A stretch of 64,000 nt of DNA, counting the filler, from Myxococcota bacterium (GTDB taxonomy: Bacteria; Myxococcota_C; UBA6777), in assembly GCA_023150835.1 (NCBI GenBank). It is 10 parts of 10 records of this genome, joined end to end, with 100 filler letters (N's around TTAATTAATTAA, not from the genome) between each part and the next. Parts side by side here need not be neighbours in the genome. Positions count along the whole stretch, not along the records: positions 38,664 to 41,475 come from JAKLKB010000234.1; positions 41,576 to 44,907 come from JAKLKB010000235.1; positions 45,008 to 47,696 come from JAKLKB010000236.1; 7 more parts are not named here. One strand, written 5' to 3'. The notes under the pieces were generated by a model. The model was not told the origin of the DNA and did not search any database. It worked only from the letters and a program-made list of their open reading frames with translations. The translations under genes and the position numbers were made by a program. Every line of letters begins with the position of its first letter. Position 1 is the stretch's first letter. Positions 38,921-47,796 of the stretch are shown here, in pieces.

Positions 38921-41473
38921 TTATTGGAAAAACAGGCGATAAGCAAAAGGATCTTCCGCACCCGTCGGGTTGTAGCTTTGGCCGTATATCGAGGTTCCTT
39001 GGCGGAGACTGCCCGCAAGAAAAAGGCTTTTTTCTTTGATCTGCATGGCCAGAGGGCTTCCTTCAAATCCGGTACGTATCAACCCTACGGCGGTGAGGGT
39101 TGATACGGTGAGTGCTTTTCCGAGGGGATCAAAAGAAAAGATGGAGGCCGCGATCGGTTCGCCAAGTTGAGGGGGAAGTGCAGAGAGTCCACCGATTTGC
39201 CCTGCATCAACGTGCGTGACGAACCACAAGGGATTTCCGTTGGGAGAGGCGTAGAGGATGCTGCCCCCCGATTGGTTGTTGCTGGTGAGGGTTTGGGTCC
39301 AACGGATTTGGCCTTGTGGATCGAACGATGCGAGAAGGGCGGTGGGATGGGGCGGTTTGGGGAGGTTTGTGCTGCCGAGCGTGAAGGCGTCTCGGAGCGT
39401 TGTAGACACAAGTAGCCCGCCATTGGGAGCGGCAAGGATGCCACGCTCGTCATCGTCGCCGGTTGGGACGAGGAAAGACCAACCCCAAGGAAGGCGTGTG
39501 TTGCCGAAATCAAGGTGAGCGACAGCGCGGATCGTCTCGCCGGAGGTGGAGCCGCTAAGCAGTCGCCCACCAAGCTTGATGCTGTCTGTAAAGCTCGTTG
39601 AGAGATAAAGGCGATCTGCGCTGTCGATGGCGAGGTTGACGCGGGAGATGTCTGGTGCATCGGTACTTTGTGTTGCCGATTTTTCGGATAGATCACTGCC
39701 TAGCTGTATGACAAAAAGTTGTCGGGTACTGCTTTCGATCGAGAGCGAACCCAAAGGCGAAAGCGGACTGAAAGTAAGTTTGCCTTTGAAGATCCCGCTG
39801 AGGTAGATCTCGCCTGTGCTTGCGCGGGCTAGTGCGAAGGTCTCGATGTAGATATCGTTGACGCCCTGTATCTCCGAGAGATTGAGGATCTTGACCGATT
39901 CCCATTGCCGTTGTGCGTTGAGCTTTGCAACAAACCCGTGGCGTCTAGGAAATGGCCCTTGTGGAGGAGTGTAGGTTGCATTGCCGAGAGTAATGCTTTT
40001 GGCGAAGGTTCCGAAGACGTAGAGGGCTCCGTTGTTGTCCATCTGCATGGAGGTGACACGGATGCCATCGGGGTTGTTGGGTTCGGAAACTCCGGCCACT
40101 TCAACGGCCCATTCGTGGCCGCTTCCATCGGGTTTGATCGCGATCAAGCCTAGAGAAGGGGCGTTGGAGCCTTTGAACGCTTTGCCTGCGAGGTTGACAT
40201 TCCCTCGATAGCTCAGCGCGTAGATCCGTTCTTGGTTTTTACCGATCAAGAGATTCGTAAACCGACCGCCATCATTTTTTCTGTCTGTGCCGATGCCTTG
40301 GATGACAAGCGGACATCCGTCAGGATGACAAACACACTTACCTTGATCGCAGATCTGGCCTCCAGCGCAAGCGTTGTTGCAAGCCCCGCAGTGTTGGGCG
40401 TTATAGAGCGTATCGATGCAGCGCCCATCGCCGCAGTCTGCGCGCCCTTCGCGGCAAACACAGCTACCGTCTTTGCATTGTTGCGTGTTTGTACAACTAT
40501 TCCCGCAACTTCCGCAGTGTTGGCTGTCGGTTTTGGTATCGACACAAGCGCTGTTGCAAGCTTGGGTGGGAGGGGCGCAACGTAGAACGCACTGGCCTTT
40601 GTCGCAAGACTCGGTGGATGCGCATCTTTTGCCGCACGCGCCGCAGTTTTGACTGTTGGTTTGGAGGTCGGTGCAACGGCTAAGGCAAGAGGCTTGTTCG
40701 TTTGGACAAGTACACACACCCGCCTTACAAACAAAGCCAGCGCGACAAGCGATGCCGCATTTGCCGCAATGACGGGCGTCTTGTTGGATGTCGAAACATC
40801 CTCCATAACAGGCGGTGTTGGTGACGGTAGGACACGATTGCACGCAGCTACCGCCTGCACAGACTTCTCCTGCTTTGCACAGGTTGTTGCAGGCCCCACA
40901 GTGCAGGCGGTTGACCTTCGGATCGAGGCAAGAGCCATCGCACGACAGCAAACCGCTCGGGCAAGCGCAGCTTCCGTTGTTGCAGACTTCTCCTTCTTTG
41001 CAAGCTTTCCCGCATCCACCGCAATGATCGGCGTTGGTCTGCGTCGAGACGCATCCACCAAAACAAGAAGCGGAGGTCGCACTTGGACAGGACGGGATGC
41101 ACAGACCTTCGGCGCAAACGCTGCCGCTTGCGCAGGGATTGTCGCACACACCGCAATGCTGGCCGCTGCTTTGTAGATCGACGCAACGTCCCGCGCATAG
41201 GGTGCTTCCGTCTGGGCATATGCAGCGCCCGTCTTGGCAGCGTTGACCCGCAGGACAGGCGCTTCCACACGCACCGCAATGGGCGGCATCACGGGTCATA
41301 TCGACGCAGCTTCCAAGGCAAAGGGAGGGAGTCGATGCAGGGCATTGTTGAACACATTCGCCGATCGCGCAGGATTGGCCGCTTGGACAGGCGTTGTTGC
41401 AAGCGCCGCAATGTTTGGGCGAAAGCACGACATCGACGCAAGCACCGCCACAATCGCGCTGGCCCGAAGGACA
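38921..41473 (-). CDS. Cys-rich repeat surface protein (STIG1/MXAN_6577-like repeats) with a beta-propeller-like C-terminus (5' partial)
   Basis: About nine CVDxxxDxxHCGxCxxxC repeats followed by a beta-rich domain. Confidence 0.88.
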   Translation of the reverse strand, partial: CPSGQRDCGGACVDVVLSPKHCGACNNACPSGQSCAIGECVQQCPASTPSLCLGSCVDMTRDAAHCGACGSACPAGQRCQDGRCICPDGSTLCAGRCVDLQSSGQHCGVCDNPCASGSVCAEGLCIPSCPSATSASCFGGCVSTQTNADHCGGCGKACKEGEVCNNGSCACPSGLLSCDGSCLDPKVNRLHCGACNNLCKAGEVCAGGSCVQSCPTVTNTACYGGCFDIQQDARHCGKCGIACRAGFVCKAGVCTCPNEQASCLSRCTDLQTNSQNCGACGKRCASTESCDKGQCVLRCAPPTQACNSACVDTKTDSQHCGSCGNSCTNTQQCKDGSCVCREGRADCGDGRCIDTLYNAQHCGACNNACAGGQICDQGKCVCHPDGCPLVIQGIGTDRKNDGGRFTNLLIGKNQERIYALSYRGNVNLAGKAFKGSNAPSLGLIAIKPDGSGHEWAVEVAGVSEPNNPDGIRVTSMQMDNNGALYVFGTFAKSITLGNATYTPPQGPFPRRHGFVAKLNAQRQWESVKILNLSEIQGVNDIYIETFALARASTGEIYLSGIFKGKLTFSPLSPLGSLSIESSTRQLFVIQLGSDLSEKSATQSTDAPDISRVNLAIDSADRLYLSTSFTDSIKLGGRLLSGSTSGETIRAVAHLDFGNTRLPWGWSFLVPTGDDDERGILAAPNGGLLVSTTLRDAFTLGSTNLPKPPHPTALLASFDPQGQIRWTQTLTSNNQSGGSILYASPNGNPLWFVTHVDAGQIGGLSALPPQLGEPIAASIFSFDPLGKALTVSTLTAVGLIRTGFEGSPLAMQIKEKSLFLAGSLRQGTSIYGQSYNPTGAEDPFAYRLFFQ

Positions 41474-41575
41474 AANNNNNNNNNNNNNNNNNNNNNNNNN
41501 NNNNNNNNNNNNNNNNNNNTTAATTAATTAANNNNNNNNNNNNNNNNNNNNNNNNNNNNNNNNNNNNNNNNNNNN

Positions 41576-41737
41576 TTCTACGCAGCACTTTTTGCAGTCG
41601 AATGTGGTGCTCGTCCGCTTTTCGCAGGCTTTTGTTTTTGCTGCGTCGTCGCGGGTGGTATCCACGATGATGCACCCGGGAAAAAACAAGCCAAAGACGA
41701 CAACAAAGCCCCCTACCGCACACAATCTCTTTCTCGT
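41576..41737 (-). pseudogene. Defensin-like Cys-rich peptide gene, copy 1 (start codon ACG, cut by the contig end)
   Basis: Near-identical to 44182-44368 but with ACG in place of ATG after the AGGAG RBS. Confidence 0.65.
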
Positions 41738-41767
41738 CGGCAGTCCGCTCCTTTTGCTCTTTCTTTT

Positions 41768-41807
41768 GTCGCCCCCCCTCCATCCCCCCGACCAACGGGG
41801 GGAAGTG
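41768..41807 (+). repeat. CCCCCTC-type palindromic repeat
   Basis: CCCCCCTCCATCCCCCCGACCAACGGGGGGAAG, similar to 44765-44800 and 50478-50512. Confidence 0.7.
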
Positions 41808-41885
41808 GGAGGAGGCAAAGACGCTCTCTTGTGCAAACAGCGTGTGGCATGGAACACCCACTAACACGATGGCCGGATTTTGTAT

Positions 41886-43040
41886 TCATGTGTCGTCGGA
41901 TGTTTCGTTGTCTTCGTCTTCGTCCACGTTGAACTCCACGCGGCTTTGGAGCACGATCTCATCCATGATCTGCGCAAGCTTTCCCATCTGGACGCTCTTG
42001 TCGAATACTTGCATCAGTCGAGGGATAGGAATGACCTCTTCAACAGCCTCCATGTACTGTTGGACGATCACGTCAACGCCATACTTTCGCTGCGCTTCTG
42101 CCTGAAGCTGTCGTCGAACAGCCTCCTCGGATTCGGTTGTTTTGACAACAAAGGTCAGAGGAAAGCGGTGAATTTTGTCGATATCAAGAAAGTACTTGTT
42201 GACATCGATGGTTTCGGTGACTTGAAAGAAGCGACCGAGCGGTTTCATGACAAAATCGATACCCCCGTCGTTGGCGTTTGTTCTTCCCGTCTTGTACAGC
42301 GCGAGGAAGTCCTGCCGTAGTTCGTTAGCACTCCATCCCCAGAAAATAGACTGTTCCCCATAATGCGCTTTGAGGATAGCGAAACTGACGATCTCAAAGA
42401 TTCGTGCGTCCACGTTTGGTTGGAGTTGACTCTCGATGAAAGCGCTCGCACCGCTCGGATCTTTAGAAGAGAGGGTGGATATCTTTCTGCACGCATCGAT
42501 AAATTGCTCGAAGGCAGAGCGCTTGGCTTTGACGTAGTGGTCGATGATGTCGAGTACAGCTTCGGCGATGTTTTGCTCGCGTCTTTCTGTTCCGGTACCG
42601 ACTTGCACAAGAAGCAATCCCTCGTTGATCCAGTATTTCTGATCGGTCTGATCGCGCAGTATCGGACGCATACCACTGGCGGGGAAATATTTGGCGAATT
42701 CCTCGTTCAGGCGCGAATTCAGAGCATGGTTTTGAAGTTTTGCTCCGAACGGGAGTTCTCTTTGGCGGCGAAAGAGGTCGGCATATCGGGCTCCTTCGTA
42801 TTGTTTGTACTGGCCCGCTTTGGCTCCGAGATAGCCTTGGTGGATGTAGTCTTCGATAAGGACGTATAGCGCGTAGTGGTTGGCGAATGCGCCTCGTGCT
42901 TTTGCACCGCGATTTGCTGATTGAGTCTTGATGTTCAGATATTGCAGGAGGGGGCTTTTCTCGATCAAATCCTGTGCTGCGTCTCCAAAGCGACGTTCGA
43001 GGACGGCAAGGATGGTATGAGTGAACGGATGAAGCTTCAC
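41886..43040 (-). CDS. Type II restriction endonuclease (probably NsiI/AvaIII-like)
   Basis: ATGA overlap with the methyltransferase; TNANDGGIDFVMKPLGRFFQVT nuclease-like motif; specificity inferred from the partner. Confidence 0.8.
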   Translation of the reverse strand: MKLHPFTHTILAVLERRFGDAAQDLIEKSPLLQYLNIKTQSANRGAKARGAFANHYALYVLIEDYIHQGYLGAKAGQYKQYEGARYADLFRRQRELPFGAKLQNHALNSRLNEEFAKYFPASGMRPILRDQTDQKYWINEGLLLVQVGTGTERREQNIAEAVLDIIDHYVKAKRSAFEQFIDACRKISTLSSKDPSGASAFIESQLQPNVDARIFEIVSFAILKAHYGEQSIFWGWSANELRQDFLALYKTGRTNANDGGIDFVMKPLGRFFQVTETIDVNKYFLDIDKIHRFPLTFVVKTTESEEAVRRQLQAEAQRKYGVDVIVQQYMEAVEEVIPIPRLMQVFDKSVQMGKLAQIMDEIVLQSRVEFNVDEDEDNETSDDT

Positions 43041-43930
43041 TTGGTTACCTCGAAAAGGTCGCCTGTTGCGCTGGTTTGCTCGTTGTGCGAGCCTTTGCCG
43101 TGTTTTCTCGTGTAAGATTTCTTCGGCGATGCGAGGTGTTCTCCGTCGAGTTCCTGCCGAAGTTGGAGGCGACGGACTCCGATCTTGATATACTCGCGCT
43201 CACGTTCGATCCCGATGAATCGACGATCAAGACGTTTTGCAACCGCCCCCGTGGTAAAGGTTCCTGCGAATGGGTCGAGAACAAGATCGCCCGGGTTGCT
43301 ACTTGCACGGATGATGCGGTCGAGAAGTGCTTCTGGCTTTTGCGAAGGATGTTCCTCGTATTCATCCATTCTGTAGCGGACACGAGGAAAGTACCACACA
43401 TTCCCCGGAACCTTCGACGCGTTGTATAAGGTAGGCTCAGGCTTTCGGTAGTCGATCAGTTTACGAACCGCGCCCGTGCGGGCTTCTACGGCGATAGCCT
43501 CAGCATTGAATGTGTAGCGTTTTGGGTTTTTTACACAGAAGAGGATTGGTTCGTACATGGACCCAAAGTACCGTTTGGCTTGAACGCCAGAACTATCGTA
43601 GTGCCAGACAATTCGGGACTGTACCGAGCAACGGTCGCGCAGCCAAAGATCGATGTAGGGCATCGCTTGGGTGCTTGTCATGACATACAAACTGCCGTCA
43701 TCAGACAGTTTTCGTAAGCAGATCTCAAGCCACTTGTAGCACCATTCGGCGTAATCCGTATCAGAAGGCCATTTGTCCCGAAATTCACCAAAGCTCTTAC
43801 CGATGTTATAGGGAGGGTCCGCAAAGATGAGTTTCACCGAGCTATTCTCGACTAGGACATCTAGGATTTCTACGGCGTCACCTTGAGCGACGATCACTCC
43901 GTCGCTCGTGAATTTGGTCTCTCTTTGCAA
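43037..43930 (-). CDS. yhdJ: YhdJ-like beta-class N6-adenine DNA methyltransferase
   Basis: FADPPY, VWYFPRVRYRMDEYEEHPSQKPEALL, DPFAGTFTT. Confidence 0.9.
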   Translation of the reverse strand: MQRETKFTSDGVIVAQGDAVEILDVLVENSSVKLIFADPPYNIGKSFGEFRDKWPSDTDYAEWCYKWLEICLRKLSDDGSLYVMTSTQAMPYIDLWLRDRCSVQSRIVWHYDSSGVQAKRYFGSMYEPILFCVKNPKRYTFNAEAIAVEARTGAVRKLIDYRKPEPTLYNASKVPGNVWYFPRVRYRMDEYEEHPSQKPEALLDRIIRASSNPGDLVLDPFAGTFTTGAVAKRLDRRFIGIEREREYIKIGVRRLQLRQELDGEHLASPKKSYTRKHGKGSHNEQTSATGDLFEVTK

Positions 43931-43960
43931 CGTTCGCGTCTCCGCTGGTTCTTTGGATCA

Positions 43961-44035
43961 CACGAGATCCGCCCACAGTGCGATCGCAAAAGGTAGGGCA
44001 ACAAGGTGTGGCTGCCTAAACACAGGGCGTTTACA
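43961..44035 (+). repeat. Degenerate REP unit just upstream of the methyltransferase
   Basis: CACGAGATCCGCCC...GTAGGGCAACAAGGTGTGGCTGCC, matching the 21718-21945 units. Confidence 0.65.
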
Positions 44036-44115
44036 GCGGATCACACCCACACTTCTTCTCTCGGATATCGTACCGCACCTTTTTTTGCAAGCGCGCTGTT
44101 TGCTCGATCACGTAA

Positions 44116-44348
44116 CTAACGAACGAGCACTTGGCAAGTACACTTGCCGATGTACCAAGTGTGAAGATCTGCTTTTTGTTCTTCTACGCAGCACTTTTTG
44201 CAGTCGAATGTGGTGCTCGTCCGCTTTTCGCAGGCTTTTGTTTTTGCTGCGTCGTCGCGGGTGGTATCGTATCCACGATGATGCACCCGGGAAAAAACAA
44301 GCCAAAGACGACAACAAAGCCCCCTATCGCACACAATCTCTTTCTCAT
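44116..44348 (-). pseudogene. Defensin-like Cys-rich peptide gene, copy 2 (5-bp duplication frameshift)
   Basis: AGGAG RBS and ATG 44348; GTATC duplicated at 44264-44273; removing one copy restores a 75-aa ORF. Confidence 0.75.
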
Positions 44349-44583
44349 CGACAGTCCGCTCCTTTTGCAACAATTGAGGTCTCTCTCGCCCGATGTACGG
44401 CGCTATCGAGATCTGTCTAGCCAGAAGAACAATCTCTCAAATTTCAACGAGCCAAGCGACGATGGAGGGCGAGGCTTGCTTGCAAGGCTTTTTCGTGGGA
44501 ATAGCCGACTTTGCGGTAAAGATCATCAGGATGGAAGCCTTCGACGCAGTGCGTGTGGTTGGAAGTGTGATGCAGTTGCCCAA

Positions 44584-44907
44584 AAAACCCCGTGTTCGCG
44601 AGCGTCCAAGCGACAGAGTCGTTGTGTTGAAAGACCTGTGATCTGTTCGCCAAACACGGGGTCAAGGGAGCCGCGCTAAGGCGGTAGGGTGTGGGGTGAT
44701 ACCCCATACGCGCCTTGTTAAGGTGGAAACACCGGATAGTCTAGCCTGATCGCCGTTTCTTTTGTCGCCCCCCCTCAATCCCCCCGTGAACGGGGGGAAG
44801 TTGGAACGGGCAGCGTCTGCGCGTCGTGCATACAGCGTGCGTCATGAAAAAACAAAATCCCCGATGCTTCCGACTTTCGCTCCCTCCCCTGTTCACGGGG
44901 GAGGGCG
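44584..44907 (+). repeat. Composite repeat: triple hairpin + linker + CCCCCTC palindromes
   Basis: Homologous along its length to the reverse complement of 50377-50696. Confidence 0.88.
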
Positions 44908-45007
44908 NNNNNNNNNNNNNNNNNNNNNNNNNNNNNNNNNNNNNNNNNNNNTTAATTAATTAANNNNNNNNNNNNNNNNNNNNNNNNNNNNNNNNNNNNN
45001 NNNNNNN

Positions 45008-46270
45008 GAAGTCAAAGTCGATCAATGGGGCCGATTTAGCGGTCAAGTGGACAACGTCAAAGAAGGCGATCACCTGCGTGTCCGATCACGCGGTGCAAAT
45101 GGCAACGTGAGCAACTGGATCAATCTCCAAGCCCAAGGCATGGGCGGCGAAGATACCCGCAACGCCAAGATCAAAGCCGAAGAACTCGGCCTTGAAGTCA
45201 ATGGTCGTGGCTCTGTCGATCTCGTTCACCTCGGAAATGGCATGGTTTCCGAACCCAACGCCCAAGTCCGCCTCACCAACCAACGCACAGGCGAATCCTT
45301 CGACTTTACACTCAACGAAAGCGGGCAATTCCCTCGTGGCGTCAGCGTCAAAGGCGAAGCTGGCGATGCTTTCTCGGTCGCTGTGAGCGATGGAACCAAT
45401 AACACTTCTTTCCGTGAAGTGGCTGGCTCCATCAAGGTGGAAGGCGCACCTCAACCGAAAAATCTCGAAGATCCGATGCCTTGGAAAGAACGCCACGTGA
45501 ATGCCGATGGTACGCCCTCCGTGAAGTCCGAACGCTTCACAGGCCCCTTGTTTGCGGAGGGTGTGAAAGTCGATGACGTCAAACAAGGACAACTCGGAAA
45601 CTGCTTCTTGTGCGCAGCAGCGGCAGCAGCGGCACACACCGATCCCGACGCCATCAAAAACATGATCAAAGACAACGGCGATGGAACTTATACTGTCACG
45701 TTCAAAGAGCGCGACTATCGCGGGACGTTGACCGACAAAAAGATCACGGTGGATGGGGACTTGTACGTCCGCGCCAACGGTGCCGCTCTCTACGGCGCGG
45801 GCATGAACTCCAGCAGCAAAGACCAGATGGAGATGTGGTATCCGATCTTTGAGAAAGCCTACGCTGCTTACAAAGGCAGCTACGACAAGATCGGCAGCGG
45901 TGGTAGCACGGGCGACGCCTTGACTGCGATCTTGGGCGCACGCACCACCTATAGCGGTGTCGAAGATTACAACGCAGACCGCGTCTATGACAGCCTGAAA
46001 AAAGCCCAAGAAAACGGATGGCCCGCAACTGCCGCAACCTACGGAAAAGACAGCCCCGAAGCGGAACGCTACGCGGGACAAAAAGTCTACCCGTGGCACG
46101 CTTACACCGTGATGGGCGTCCAAGAAGAAGACGGCAAGAAATACGTCCAACTGCGCAATCCATGGGGTTCTACGGAACCCGGTTATGACGGCAAAGACGA
46201 CGGGATCTTCCGCCTCGAACTCAAAGACTTCGTTCACTACTACAGCGGCGTGACGATCGCTCAAGGCTAA
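45008..46270 (+). CDS. Calpain-like (peptidase C2) cysteine protease (5' partial)
   Basis: QGQLGNCFL, FEKAYA, HAYTV and LRNPWG (Cys-His-Asn triad). Confidence 0.92.
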   Translation, partial: EVKVDQWGRFSGQVDNVKEGDHLRVRSRGANGNVSNWINLQAQGMGGEDTRNAKIKAEELGLEVNGRGSVDLVHLGNGMVSEPNAQVRLTNQRTGESFDFTLNESGQFPRGVSVKGEAGDAFSVAVSDGTNNTSFREVAGSIKVEGAPQPKNLEDPMPWKERHVNADGTPSVKSERFTGPLFAEGVKVDDVKQGQLGNCFLCAAAAAAAHTDPDAIKNMIKDNGDGTYTVTFKERDYRGTLTDKKITVDGDLYVRANGAALYGAGMNSSSKDQMEMWYPIFEKAYAAYKGSYDKIGSGGSTGDALTAILGARTTYSGVEDYNADRVYDSLKKAQENGWPATAATYGKDSPEAERYAGQKVYPWHAYTVMGVQEEDGKKYVQLRNPWGSTEPGYDGKDDGIFRLELKDFVHYYSGVTIAQG

Positions 46271-46379
46271 ACACTTTTTCGTTCAAACCTGATGTAGGCC
46301 GCCACTCCACAACTCCCCGCCAAATACGCGGCGAAGACACGAGGAGGGCGGTCTTTTTGTATCTACCAAGGAGGCTGTT

Positions 46380-46772
46380 ATGGCACTACCACCCGAACCC
46401 ATTGACGAGTTATTGCCCCAAGCCGAATTTGGCGTCGTTGCCGAAGTCATCGAGATCAAAGAACGCGGTAAGCAAGACTATATCCCCACCCCCGAAAAAC
46501 CCGATATGGTCGACATCCCCCGCGATCTCCCTTACCAAGTCCTCACCCTCCAAGTCAAAGAGCGCTTGTTTGGCTCCTCGGGAACTCTTGGCCAACGCTT
46601 TGATGCGTACAAACCCGCAGGCGATTATGTCCTACGTGCGGGGGTCGAAGGCCCCTTCTTTCTTGTCAAAGACCCAGAACACAAACAGCCCGTGATCATC
46701 GGTCGCTACGGACCCGACAACTACACCATGACGGTGGTTCGCGCTGCCATCAAAAAACACGGACGCAGCTAG
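46380..46772 (+). CDS. Hypothetical protein (small beta-barrel-like)
   Basis: AAGGAGG RBS; 130 aa. Confidence 0.8.
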   Translation: MALPPEPIDELLPQAEFGVVAEVIEIKERGKQDYIPTPEKPDMVDIPRDLPYQVLTLQVKERLFGSSGTLGQRFDAYKPAGDYVLRAGVEGPFFLVKDPEHKQPVIIGRYGPDNYTMTVVRAAIKKHGRS

Positions 46773-46787
46773 GTTCGGTTTGTTGTG

Positions 46788-46906
46788 TGGGGTGCCACCC
46801 CACGCCCCGCAAGGGAGCGCGGCTCCCTTGACCCCGTATTGATGGGGCGAACAGCGTTTTTCAAACCCACCGCTCTGGCGTTTGATAGGGCGCGAACGTG
46901 GGGGGG
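46788..46906 (-). repeat. Triple-hairpin repeat copy between convergent genes
   Basis: CAAGGGAGCGCGGCTCCCTTG and TGGGGTGCCACCCCA hairpins. Confidence 0.8.
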
Positions 46907-46996
46907 AGTCTGCGAGTCACTTCGAGCTATCTCGGGGGTTTGTGAGGGGAGCACAGTAGATTCGGGCTGGGTGTGGGGCGGCGAAAATGGGGGGGA

Positions 46997-47695
46997 TCAC
47001 TCGCCGAGGATCTTGCGCGTGAAGGCATTGGACCATGTATTGTTGCCAGCGTTGTTGGCGATCACGTTTTTGTTCATGCGGATGCTGGCGTTTCCGAGGC
47101 TGTAGATGCTGGAGCCGTTGTTGACGATGGTGTTGTTGTGGATGGCGATCCAACGCGACTGCATGATCATGAACGCAGCGAGCGTGTTGTGATGGATGAA
47201 GTTGTTGGTTGCGATCAGGTCGCTGACATCGTAGGTTCGGATGCCGACCGCACCCGAGCCGTTTAACTCGCAATGATCGACCCAGATGCGTTGGGAGCTA
47301 ATGGCGCGGATGACAGCGCCTTCGCAGTTGAACTGGCCCAAGGGACGGGCATGACGGGCCTTGAGGAAGCGGATCTTGATATCCGAAGAATCTTTGATCT
47401 GGAGCACATCGTCGTAGAGATCTTCCACAATAATCCATACTTCGCCTTGTCCTTCGAGGTTAAGTTTTTGGATGTTGTGGATCTGGATCCCTTTTTTGTA
47501 GCGGTAGATCCCGGCACGCAACAAGATCGTGTCGCCCGGTTGGCTTTTTTTGATGGTTTCTTGGTGCTTATCGGCTTGTTGGGGCGTGAGGAATTGCACC
47601 ATCGCAGGTTTGCTTGTGGGAGCCGACACGGGTAAGCTGGTGGGGGTTCCTGCGGGTGGAGGGGGGGGTTCGGCTTCTTCTTTGGCCTTTGCAGG
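46997..47695 (-). CDS. Right-handed parallel beta-helix protein (5' partial)
   Basis: PGDTILLRAGIY, IWVDHCEL, and NNxIxxN repeats. Confidence 0.85.
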   Translation of the reverse strand, partial: PAKAKEEAEPPPPPAGTPTSLPVSAPTSKPAMVQFLTPQQADKHQETIKKSQPGDTILLRAGIYRYKKGIQIHNIQKLNLEGQGEVWIIVEDLYDDVLQIKDSSDIKIRFLKARHARPLGQFNCEGAVIRAISSQRIWVDHCELNGSGAVGIRTYDVSDLIATNNFIHHNTLAAFMIMQSRWIAIHNNTIVNNGSSIYSLGNASIRMNKNVIANNAGNNTWSNAFTRKILGE

Positions 47696-47796
47696 GNNNN
47701 NNNNNNNNNNNNNNNNNNNNNNNNNNNNNNNNNNNNNNNNTTAATTAATTAANNNNNNNNNNNNNNNNNNNNNNNNNNNNNNNNNNNNNNNNNNNN

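Noticed and set aside
44588..44661. Long imperfect hairpin as an integron attC site
   Set aside because: The arms read GTT...AAC, the reverse of the RYYYAAC...GTTRRRY arrangement, and no integrase is present
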